A DNA stretch of 64,000 nucleotides from Longimicrobiales bacterium. GTDB lineage: Bacteria; Gemmatimonadota; Gemmatimonadetes; Longimicrobiales; Gaopeijiaceae. Of the stretch, positions 20,746-28,672 are shown one piece after another. The stretch lies in the NCBI GenBank assembly GCA_965218295.1, contig CBDCKN010000012.1, positions 96,001 through 160,000 of the forward strand, in the 5' to 3' direction. The number at the start of each line of letters is the position of its first letter. The stretch's first letter is position 1. The translations under genes and the position numbers were made by a program. Below the pieces are notes generated by a model, which saw nothing but the letters and a program-made list of their open reading frames with translations, did no database searches and was not told the origin of the DNA.

Positions 20746-20831
20746 CTAGTATGGTGTCCCAGAAGTGTCTCGGCCATTCGAGGCGCCCGGACCCTCTTGG
20801 TGGCTCGCGAATTTCCGCAACGGAACATTAG
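20746..20831. mobile_element. MITE copy 2 (86 bp, internally deleted, opposite orientation to copy 1)
   Basis: CTAG...AAGTGTCTCGGCCA and CCTCTTGGTGGCTCGCGAA..T.CGCAACGGAAC.TTAG match the reverse complement of both ends of copy 1. Confidence 0.75.
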
Positions 20832-21265
20832 TCGCCGTGGGCCGGGCATGCGCACGGCCCGCAGGCGGTCTGGTGCCTGAGCCGGCCGTTCCAGAATAGT
20901 GCGCCGGCCACGAGCAGGCCACCCAGGGGCGACATGGCCGCCTCGGGCAACGGCTCCAGCCACCCGGCCACAGACGTGCTCCACACGGCGAAGCCGGCCG
21001 CGGCCATCAACCACACCGCTCCGTTACCATGGAGCCGCCAGGAAGTGGCCAGGCTCGCCAGGGCCAGGACCGCGGAAGCGGCAAGAAGCCACCCTTCGAG
21101 GGCGTGGGTGGCGGCGAAGAACGGGAGGGTGGACACGAGCACCGGAGCCACGACGCAGTGGATGGTGCAGATCGTCGGCAACGCGCCGATCCACGCGGCT
21201 TTAGGGTCTGCGCCCGCGCGCTCACCCCCGCCTGTCACGTCCTTCCAGGTCGATCCCGAGTTCAT
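20828..21265 (-). CDS. MerC-domain membrane protein
   Basis: TICTIHCV..P motif, four TM helices, Cys/His-rich tail HQTACGPCACPAH. Confidence 0.8.
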   Translation of the reverse strand: MNSGSTWKDVTGGGERAGADPKAAWIGALPTICTIHCVVAPVLVSTLPFFAATHALEGWLLAASAVLALASLATSWRLHGNGAVWLMAAAGFAVWSTSVAGWLEPLPEAAMSPLGGLLVAGALFWNGRLRHQTACGPCACPAHGD

Positions 21266-21335
21266 CCCTTCCTGGCCCCCCGCGGAGTATCCATCGCCGC
21301 CGGTGTGAACCGGCAGGGCTTGAACCTGACTAAAC

Positions 21336-21349
21336 GATAATCGATTATC
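21336..21349. promoter_or_regulatory. Perfect palindrome GATAATCGATTATC, Fur-family operator candidate
   Basis: AT-rich palindrome of GATAAT half-sites between the divergent MerC-like and Fur-family genes. Confidence 0.7.
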
Positions 21350-21425
21350 AAGAGGGGGCGTTCCCTCCGGGCGCCGGAAGCCCGAAGCGTCGGAGGACCG
21401 ACGGTCACTTCAGTCTGTGGAGCAC

Positions 21426-21794
21426 ATGGAACGGGATACGAAGCAACGCCGCGCCATTCGCGAGGTCTTCGCCCGGGAGCGACGGCCCCTCAGCACCGAC
21501 GAAGTGCTGGCGGCCGGCCAGGCTCTGGTTCCCTCGCTGGGGATCGCGACCGTCTACCGCAACATCAAAGCTCTACTGAGCGAAGGGTGGCTACACCCCG
21601 TGGAGCTCCCTGGCGAGCCACCTCGCTACGAGCGGGGCGGCCGCCCCCACCACCATCACTTCATCTGTCGGGAGTGCGGCCAGGCGTACGACGTGGAGGC
21701 ATGCCCCAAGGACGTGGAGCGACTGGCGCCCGCCGGTTTCCGGGTGGAGGCCCACGAGCTGGTGCTCTATGGGCGTTGCCCCGGATGCTGTTGA
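21426..21794 (+). CDS. Fur-family transcriptional regulator
   Basis: TKQRRAI, GIATVYRN, HHHHFICRECG, C-terminal CPGC. Confidence 0.92.
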   Translation: MERDTKQRRAIREVFARERRPLSTDEVLAAGQALVPSLGIATVYRNIKALLSEGWLHPVELPGEPPRYERGGRPHHHHFICRECGQAYDVEACPKDVERLAPAGFRVEAHELVLYGRCPGCC

Positions 21795-21864
21795 CCCATC
21801 GACGAAGCCCCGTGCGTGCGTGCGAGCGCCCCCAGTGCTGTAGAGCAGGTCCAAAGGTTACGTT

Positions 21865-22045
21865 GGATCGTACTTTCTCTCCATGCCCGCAGGACGTTTC
21901 CGCCCGCAAGCTTCGCCAAATCTTCCTCGCTCCATCCCCGGCGCGAAAGCTCGGCGAACAAGGCCGGGAAGGTCGACCCCTGCGACGTCACGGATGTGCT
22001 CGATGTGGTCCGCCACGTCGCCCAACATCGCCCTCGGAGCGTCTT
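21865..22045 (-). pseudogene. Remnant of a membrane dipeptidase (M19) C-terminus with internal deletion
   Basis: DVADHIEHIRDVAGVD in one frame, then TFPALFAELSRRGWSEEDLAKLAGGNVLRAWRE in another; the HVGIGSDFDG...GLEDV block is missing. Confidence 0.75.
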
Positions 22046-22213
22046 CCGGCCCTTCGTACACCTCATTCTTCCAAGGGGAGACAACCGTTACGCCCCTCGG
22101 GAGGGCTTAGCAAGGGAGCGGGCCGGAACGACAACATGACCCATCGGGATCCACAGGATCTCATACTGCAGGTGGTCGTGCGGATCGCCTCCGGCTGGCC
22201 GGAATCGCAGGCG

Positions 22214-23437
22214 TCAATCAGACCCGAACACGCCTATGCTGTCGGGAGCCAGAGCGCGGAGGTATCGCTTGAGCGTGATGTGTTCGCCACTGGCTATGTC
22301 CACGATGGAGATCGCCAGCTCGTACGTGTCCTGCCCGTGCTGGTCGGCGCGGATGACCCGCCCAAGCGCGCTCACTTTCTGGTCGTTGTCGGGAAGTATC
22401 AGCGTAAACTCGACGAGGCTGTTCACAGGTACGGGGCGATCTACGTTGACGCGGAGGCTCCGCTCGCTGATGTCCAGCGTAGAAAACGGCCGGCTTTCTA
22501 CGTCGAAGACCCGGTATTCACCCTCAACAACGGTATCGATCCGCCGGTGCGCCCGCCGATTGGCGCCATAGAGTTGGACCTGGTTCTTGCCACGGGCCTT
22601 GGCGATATACATGGCCCGGTCTGCGCACCGAATAAGGTCATCGGTAGTCACGGCGTCGAGGGGATAGTTCGCGACTCCAAAGCTCATCGTGACGCGGTGC
22701 ATGGGGTCGTCGGCCGACAACTCGAGGTCGCCGATGGCTTCACATATCCGATCGGCAACCACTGCGGCATCGTCCTTGGATGTTTCGGGCATGACGAGCA
22801 CGAACTCCTCACCTCCGTAACGCGCCGTAACGTCTTCTTCCCTGCCGGCCTCTACCAGCGTGCGCGCAACGACTCGGAGCGTCGAGTTTCCTTGGGTGTG
22901 GCCGAACCGGTCGTTGTAGTCCTTGAAGTTGTCGATGTCGCCCATCGCGATCGAGAAGGACGCGCCGTGTCTTTCGCAGCGGTGCACCTCCCAACCCAGA
23001 TATTCCTGGAAGAAGCGAAAGTTATGAAGACCGGTGAGCTCGTCTCTGTACGCCGAGGCCTGGGTCTCCTCGAAGACCTTGAGCTCGATCAGCTTCGGAT
23101 TCTGGAGCTGACGGTTCACCTGCACGAAGTAGCTTACGAGCGCTACGGATACATCGACCTCGGACTCGAGTGCCTCCTCCATGGCTTCCCGATGGCCGAT
23201 CACCGCGCGCCAGTGCCGTTCCGCCTCCCCCTCCTCGAAACGTATGTGTGAGAGCAGGTAGAGCAGCTCGGAGTACACCATCGCTCCCTCGCTCTGAGCG
23301 AGATCCTCGAGCTCGGCTACCAGACGGTCGAGTCCGAGATCGTCCCGGTAGAGAAGGGCGTAGATGGCTTCTGTGACTTCCGGACGCCAGGGAACCACGT
23401 CGGCGTCCGGAGGTGGGTCGGCTGGGTCGATTGACAT
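22214..23437 (-). CDS. Diguanylate cyclase (GGEEF) with C-terminal PilZ domain
   Basis: DELTGLHN, DIDNFKDYNDRFGH, I-site REED, RYGGEEF; then RRAHRR...DISERS PilZ motifs. Confidence 0.9.
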   Translation of the reverse strand: MSIDPADPPPDADVVPWRPEVTEAIYALLYRDDLGLDRLVAELEDLAQSEGAMVYSELLYLLSHIRFEEGEAERHWRAVIGHREAMEEALESEVDVSVALVSYFVQVNRQLQNPKLIELKVFEETQASAYRDELTGLHNFRFFQEYLGWEVHRCERHGASFSIAMGDIDNFKDYNDRFGHTQGNSTLRVVARTLVEAGREEDVTARYGGEEFVLVMPETSKDDAAVVADRICEAIGDLELSADDPMHRVTMSFGVANYPLDAVTTDDLIRCADRAMYIAKARGKNQVQLYGANRRAHRRIDTVVEGEYRVFDVESRPFSTLDISERSLRVNVDRPVPVNSLVEFTLILPDNDQKVSALGRVIRADQHGQDTYELAISIVDIASGEHITLKRYLRALAPDSIGVFGSD

Positions 23438-23520
23438 TCACGCTCCGAGAAAGGGTGGGTCCAGCAAGATGAACTACCAGAGGTCTCTTGGCAAAGGCTA
23501 CTCATACCGGCACTCGGGCT

Positions 23521-23988
23521 TCAGCTCCGTCGCACCAGCTCGTACAAGTAGCCGACGGCCCGGACGCCTTCGTCGTCGTGAAATGGCACCAGAACTCGCC
23601 GGTACTCATCCCCCTCGAAGGCATCGAGGCGGTCCCAGTAAGCAGGTAGATCGTCCGATGTGAAGAGGTATGCCGGCACCCGTGAGCCCGCCGGGTCCCA
23701 CTGGAGCGCCGGGTAGCCGATGTGCGCTCCCCAGCCCTGCTCGTGCAGAATCCCCGTGACCCAGCCCTCCCGCCACTCTCCGGCCAGCTCTTCCATCTGA
23801 TCGTGGTTCGAGCCCCCGGGGCCAAGGCTCCCGTACACGATCAGATGCCTGTGCGCCCCGAAGAGCGCCTCCACGGCGGAGTTGATCGCCATCCGCATCT
23901 CGGAAGAGATGGCGGTGTCTCCGAGTATGGAGTTCAGTCCGGTCAGCCCCGATGCGAGCGAATGCAATCCGATGGGGAGGTCCGTCAC
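23521..23988 (-). CDS. Gamma-glutamylcyclotransferase (AIG2-like) family protein
   Basis: LIVYGSL.PG, GYPAL, LDAFEG.EY.R. Confidence 0.85.
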   Translation of the reverse strand: MTDLPIGLHSLASGLTGLNSILGDTAISSEMRMAINSAVEALFGAHRHLIVYGSLGPGGSNHDQMEELAGEWREGWVTGILHEQGWGAHIGYPALQWDPAGSRVPAYLFTSDDLPAYWDRLDAFEGDEYRRVLVPFHDDEGVRAVGYLYELVRRS

Positions 23989-24132
23989 GGTCCCCGCTCC
24001 GGCCTGAGCCCGTCTCGGCCACGGTAGTAGCCCATCAACGACCGGCCTCCTTCCGCGCATCGATCGGAGCCGGCCATGGACGGGCCGACTCCGGTCCGGG
24101 CGAGGCCGACGCGAGCGGCCACCGACGGGTCG

Positions 24133-25767
24133 TCAGTTCGCCCCGCCGGCCTCGTCGGATATGGGACGGCTCGGCGGATAGTCGACGCCCAGCTGCTCGA
24201 GATACGTATCGTACTTGGTCGGGTCGTAGCGGAGCTTCTCGAGCATGGGGCGGAAGCGCTCCATCTTCTCCGCGTTGAGGAACGTGGGAGGCGCCGTCCC
24301 CTCGGGGATCAAGGACTCCCACTGGTAGTCCTTGGTAGTCACCTCTCGGTGGTAGGTCCAAGCCTCCTCCACCAGATCCGGATCGTTGGCGAGCTCCACG
24401 GCGGTCATGGCGATGACCCGGGCGCCGTAGTTCGCCCCTTGATGTGCGATGGGAGTTGCCATTGCGATGCCACTGGACCAGTGGTGCCCTGTCATGCCCG
24501 GGATGTTACCGGGGTAGCGGAGGCGGATGGTCGGTAGATTCCAGGAGAGCTCTGCAATGTCATCGCTCCCTCCGCCCATACCCTGGTCCGACTCCTCGAG
24601 CTCATCTTTCACCTCGGTGGGGAGGCCGTCCCTCTCGTCCGCCTCCATCGTCCGCTGAGCCGCCTTAGCCAGGGCCTGGTCCGCGTCGCTCCACTCCGGC
24701 ATCCCCACCGCCACCAAGTTCGCGTGCATCCGCTCGGCCAGAGGCTTGCTCATGTTTGACGGCCAGGCGGCGCCCAGGACCCGCTCGGTCACCTCGGTGT
24801 TGGTCATGAGCGCGGCACCCGCTGCCATCTTCTGACCGATCTCATGAAGATCCTTGATGCGGGAGTAGTCGAGCTCCCGGAAGTAGTACCAGACGGAGGC
24901 CTCGGACGGGACTACGTTGGGCTGATTGCCACCGTTTGAGATGATGTAGTGTGAGCGCTGTTGAAGCCTCAGGTGCTCTCTCCGGAAGTTCCAGCCCACG
25001 TTCATGAGCTCTACGGCGTCGAGGGCGCTGCGGCCGGCCCACGGCGAGCCCGCTCCGTGGGCTGACTGGCCGTGGAAGGTGAACATGGTCGAGACCAGGC
25101 CCGAGCCCGAGATGCCCCAGGCGGTGGTGAAGTTCCGGCTGATGTGTGACGAGAGCATTACGTCCATGTCCTCGAACAGACCGCTGTTCACCATGTAGGT
25201 TCGGCTCGACACCAGCTCTTCGGCCACCCCCGGAATCACCTTGAGGGTGCCGGTGAGCCCGTGCTTCTCCATCACCCGCTTGGCGGCGATGACGCCCACG
25301 ACGTCCACGGCCGCCGCGCTGTTGTGGCCCTCACCATGGCCCGGTCCGCCCTCGATGAGGGGGTCGTGGTTCGGAACACCCGGCCTCTGGGAGGTCTCGG
25401 GAAGGCCGTCGATGTCACCCATGAAGCCGATGACCGGGTGACCGCTTCCCCACGACGCCACATAGCACGTGGGTATGTCGGAGCAGCCCGTCTCGATGGT
25501 GAAACCCTCCGCCTCCAGGATTCCGGTGATGTACTCCATGGTCCAGAATTCCTGGAATCCGAGCTCCGAGAAGGAGAAGATCATGTCCACCATCTCCTGG
25601 GAGAGCTTCTCCATGGAGATGACCTCCTTGAGCGCCTCGTCCTTCAGGTCGTCGGTGGACTGGCCGGCCGACGGAGCGGGGGGAAGGGTGAGGCCGAGGC
25701 AGATGGAGAGAGCGGGGAGGGGATCGCCTAGGCGTGCCATTGGATTACTCCTTGAGCGTCTTATCAT
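24133..25767 (-). CDS. Secreted M20 amidohydrolase (AbgB-like)
   Basis: SELGFQE, DIDGLP, GHGEGHNS, AEE, AHGAGSPWAGRSALDAVELM, REHL, GGSDD. Start uncertain (25767 or 25740). Confidence 0.88.
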   Translation of the reverse strand: MIRRSRSNPMARLGDPLPALSICLGLTLPPAPSAGQSTDDLKDEALKEVISMEKLSQEMVDMIFSFSELGFQEFWTMEYITGILEAEGFTIETGCSDIPTCYVASWGSGHPVIGFMGDIDGLPETSQRPGVPNHDPLIEGGPGHGEGHNSAAAVDVVGVIAAKRVMEKHGLTGTLKVIPGVAEELVSSRTYMVNSGLFEDMDVMLSSHISRNFTTAWGISGSGLVSTMFTFHGQSAHGAGSPWAGRSALDAVELMNVGWNFRREHLRLQQRSHYIISNGGNQPNVVPSEASVWYYFRELDYSRIKDLHEIGQKMAAGAALMTNTEVTERVLGAAWPSNMSKPLAERMHANLVAVGMPEWSDADQALAKAAQRTMEADERDGLPTEVKDELEESDQGMGGGSDDIAELSWNLPTIRLRYPGNIPGMTGHHWSSGIAMATPIAHQGANYGARVIAMTAVELANDPDLVEEAWTYHREVTTKDYQWESLIPEGTAPPTFLNAEKMERFRPMLEKLRYDPTKYDTYLEQLGVDYPPSRPISDEAGGAN

Positions 25768-25867
25768 GGAAGAACGGCCAATATCGAGGGCAACACGGTG
25801 CGACGGTGCGCCACCCACCTGGGGGGCCCCGTGATGTGCCACTGGGCCGACCGGTCGTCGCTCTGGC

Positions 25868-26410
25868 CTAGACCTCGGTGGTGGGAGCACCCCTGAGGAG
25901 AACCATGCCCAGCCCTCCGGCGAGACCGATCATGAGGCCGATCACGCCCCAACCGGCGCCGCTCGTGGAGCGCTCGATGATCATCTCGTCGGCCCGGGCC
26001 ACAGACGCCTCCGCCTCATCGTGTCCGGTGGCCTCTTCACGGCTGTGCTCGGTCACCGCCGGCGCCGAGGCAGCCAGAACCGTGATGTCGAGGGCGGTTG
26101 CCCGCTCGCCACTTGGCTCATACGCGACCATCTGGTACGCGCCGGGCCGGGCGTCAGCGGGAATCTCGAGGTCGATGGTGAAGCCACCCTCGTCGTTGGC
26201 CGTCGCCTCGCCGAGCGGATGCTCGTCGAACACGCCCACGAGGACCAACGACACGGTCATGCCATCCGGAAAGTCCGCACCCACGAGCGGAAGGACCTGA
26301 CCGGCCCCCACCGACTCCAGCGCACTCTTCAGAACGGCTCCGTGAACCGCAGCCATCAGGACTGCGACCAAGGCCAGCGACACTACGCTACCGACGATGC
26401 GAGCAGACAT
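25868..26410 (-). CDS. Hypothetical exported protein with C-terminal membrane anchor
   Basis: N-terminal hydrophobic signal, Ig-like beta-rich middle, C-terminal TM; RBS GGAGG. Confidence 0.7.
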   Translation of the reverse strand: MSARIVGSVVSLALVAVLMAAVHGAVLKSALESVGAGQVLPLVGADFPDGMTVSLVLVGVFDEHPLGEATANDEGGFTIDLEIPADARPGAYQMVAYEPSGERATALDITVLAASAPAVTEHSREEATGHDEAEASVARADEMIIERSTSGAGWGVIGLMIGLAGGLGMVLLRGAPTTEV

Positions 26411-26428
26411 GTCCTACTCCCTCCTCCA

Positions 26429-27433
26429 TCACATGATGTGCTCTTGAACCTCTCCGAACACACCGTACAGCCAGAGACCCAGTATAATGACACCCAACGC
26501 GATTCCCATCCACCCCACCCACCCGTGCCGGCCCGGCGTGTCGTCCTCGCGTCGATCGAGCAGCGGTACCGCCATCAGGAAGAGGAAGACGGCCGTGGGG
26601 CCGAGGACAATCCCCCATGCTCCCAGCAGGTTCTCCAGGCCGTACACCCAGAGCACGGGCCAGAAGGGCTTCGTAATCTCCACGCCCGGCACCGCCGGGT
26701 AGCCGATCCCCTCCGGAGCCAGAACGGCCAGGACACCCAACCCCGCGAAGAGCAGGAGGCTGTATCCGGTCAAACGCGTGGCATGACCTCGGAATAGTCC
26801 TGTCTGCGATGAGTCGGCGTGAATCCCCAGATGGCGGATGAGCCAGAAGTGCAGCGCGATGAGCGCCACGAGCAGTAGGGGCAGGAGGCTCGTGTGGAGA
26901 CTGAAGATCCGCGACAGGAGCGAGGTGCTCGGCGTGAAGTCGTCGGTGAAGAACGCACCGAAGGCTCCCGTCATGTTGCCACCGGCGACGAAGTGGAGCA
27001 GTGCCTCGAACCCCTCCTGATCGTATCGCAGAGTGGTCCCTGTCACCACCAGCAGAAAGATGAGGGCGGCCATGAGCACACCGGCCCACCACGTGATCTC
27101 CCGGGGCCGTTTGTACGACCGTCTCCAGAAGACGTAGGCCAGATGAGCGGTCACAGTCACCACCAGGGCACCGGACGCCAGGGAGTGCAGGCTGCGAATC
27201 CAGTCACCGAGAGGAGCACGACTTATGATGTAGAGGACGCTGTCGTGGGCGCCTTGGGTCGTGGGATTGTAGAACTGGGCCATGTACAAGCCGGTGACGA
27301 TGATCACCAGGATGAGGAAGGCGGTCATTCCCCCGAGCATGTACTTCCAGTGGTCCGTGGACTTCGGTACCTCGTAGTCGAGGGCACCGATGGCAAGACG
27401 TTCCTCGAGTGCTCCGCGCAGCTTTCCGCTCAC
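26429..27433 (-). CDS. Cytochrome b/b6-like membrane protein
   Basis: YMLGG, TGLYM..FY.P, RSLH...AH, PREITW.AG, SLH...LH heme-ligand pairs. GTG start at 27433. Confidence 0.88.
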   Translation of the reverse strand: MSGKLRGALEERLAIGALDYEVPKSTDHWKYMLGGMTAFLILVIIVTGLYMAQFYNPTTQGAHDSVLYIISRAPLGDWIRSLHSLASGALVVTVTAHLAYVFWRRSYKRPREITWWAGVLMAALIFLLVVTGTTLRYDQEGFEALLHFVAGGNMTGAFGAFFTDDFTPSTSLLSRIFSLHTSLLPLLLVALIALHFWLIRHLGIHADSSQTGLFRGHATRLTGYSLLLFAGLGVLAVLAPEGIGYPAVPGVEITKPFWPVLWVYGLENLLGAWGIVLGPTAVFLFLMAVPLLDRREDDTPGRHGWVGWMGIALGVIILGLWLYGVFGEVQEHIM

Positions 27434-27584
27434 GCGCTCTGGTCTCACTTGAAGGGATGGGTCGGGGTCTCGTCGCACGGCAATGGAGCCTAGGCTACGA
27501 AAGCGAACGTCGTTTGGGCAAGTCCGACTGTGGCGCATCGACGGTGGGGCGGCATCGCACAGAGCTCAACCCCCCCAAACGCGA

Positions 27585-27617
27585 GAGAGGCCGAAACCAC
27601 ACGGGTCTCGGCCCCTC
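27585..27617 (-). terminator. 14-bp hairpin after the 6S-like RNA (probable intrinsic terminator, weak U tract)
   Basis: Minus strand GAGGGGCCGAGACC-CGTGT-GGTTTCGGCCTCTC followed by TCGCGTTT. Confidence 0.6.
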
Positions 27618-27619
27618 GA

Positions 27620-27772
27620 AGCGTACCAGAGGGGAATTATTGAAGCCCAGGGACACTTTTGGTGACTTCCCGCCGGGTTCCGCCTTCCCCTCTCGGGGCA
27701 TGACGTCGACCAGCAGAGTCAGTCCCGGCTTCACGGGTGTTGGCTCAATAAACGAGCCCCCCAGCACGCCGG
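27620..27772 (-). ncRNA. ssrS: 6S RNA-like small RNA
   Basis: Rod fold: 5' GCGTGCTGGGGGG..TATTGAGCC pairs with 3' GGCTTCAATA..CCCCTCTGGTACGC. Central bubble; apical stem CTGCTGG/CCGGCGG, CCCC-GAGA-GGGG. Motifs TGAGCCAAC, CATG-stem-AAG and CACC...GGGCTTCAA resemble 6S RNAs. Confidence 0.7.
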
Positions 27773-27777
27773 TATCG

Positions 27778-27807
27778 AATATAGGGTGGCTTCGGCCTCT
27801 CTGTCTA
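27778..27807 (-). promoter_or_regulatory. Sigma70-type promoter of the 6S-like RNA
   Basis: TAGACA (27807-27802), 18-nt spacer, TATATT (27783-27778). Confidence 0.65.
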
Positions 27808-28090
27808 GCTAGAGAATCGGCCCCGCTCGACGCGGGCCAGGCGTCGTCGAAGTCCTCGACGCCCGCGCTCTTCTGCGCACTTCTTGCCGATTTTGATCAA
27901 AAACTTCCTGCCGCCCTGCGCCGAATACACCCCTGGATTATCGGGGTCCTCTGGTCGTAAAAATCTATTTCGTAGGAAGTTAGGCCTGTTTTCCACAGAC
28001 GTGCCGCCTACTGCCGATCAAGTCGGCACGGCTCTTCCATTGGTGACCCCCCGAACGGGCACTAAGGGTCGCTCTGATAAGGCATAGGAC

Positions 28091-28553
28091 ATGAGAACGC
28101 GCATACATGCAGATGGATTCCTGGACATATCGGACCGGCGCCGAGTGAGGATGCCCGGGAATCACGAAGTCGCCGTGGACCCGGCACCTGTAGCCGAAGC
28201 TCTGGCGTTTCTCCTCTCGCACAGCTTTCCAGGGTACCGCAGGGTGATCCGGTCGATGAACGAGGCAGACCGAAAGCTGATCCAACTCGCGATGTGGGCC
28301 GACTCGGTCAACGAGCGCATGGGACTCGTCGATCGGGTTTGGCGTCGAATCACCGAGGCAGCAACCCCCCCCCCCCAACGACCAGGAGCGGCCGGAGCTG
28401 ATCCAGGTGGTGCAGTACGGGAGCGCATGGGCGTACCCCATCTACCTAGACGGCTCGGTCACTCGAGTCCTGCCTCACGGTGGAGTATCCGTGCCGGTGA
28501 AGAACAAGGAATTCCGGCGCCGGGAGATCCAACTCAAGCTGGACAGCGCGTAA
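28091..28553 (+). CDS. Hypothetical protein interrupted by a frameshift in a C12 tract (28365-28376)
   Basis: MRTRIHADGFLDISD...RITEAATPPP continues as NDQERPELIQVVQYGSAWAYPIYLDG...LDSA* in the next frame, with GC-rich third positions. Confidence 0.65.
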
Positions 28554-28672
28554 TCAGCTACCCGGCTGAGCCCGGCGTGTCGACTTCGTTATTGTGCCGC
28601 TGACTCCCTCGAGGCAAGGGCGAATATTGTGGCCGGTGCGGAGCACGGTGCGTCGGGCGACCAGGCCCGGGC

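Noticed and set aside
21587..23251. 554-aa plus-strand ORF and similar long ORFs (37934-39139, 55010-56245, 60460-61788, 61997-63775)
   Set aside because: Antisense shadows of well-supported genes, typical of high-GC codon bias; no motifs.
27495..27767. 90-aa minus-strand ORF
   Set aside because: Overlaps the structured RNA and its terminator; no RBS and atypical composition.
28023..28039. Sigma54-like site CGGCAC-N5-TTCC
   Set aside because: The -12 element lacks the conserved GC.
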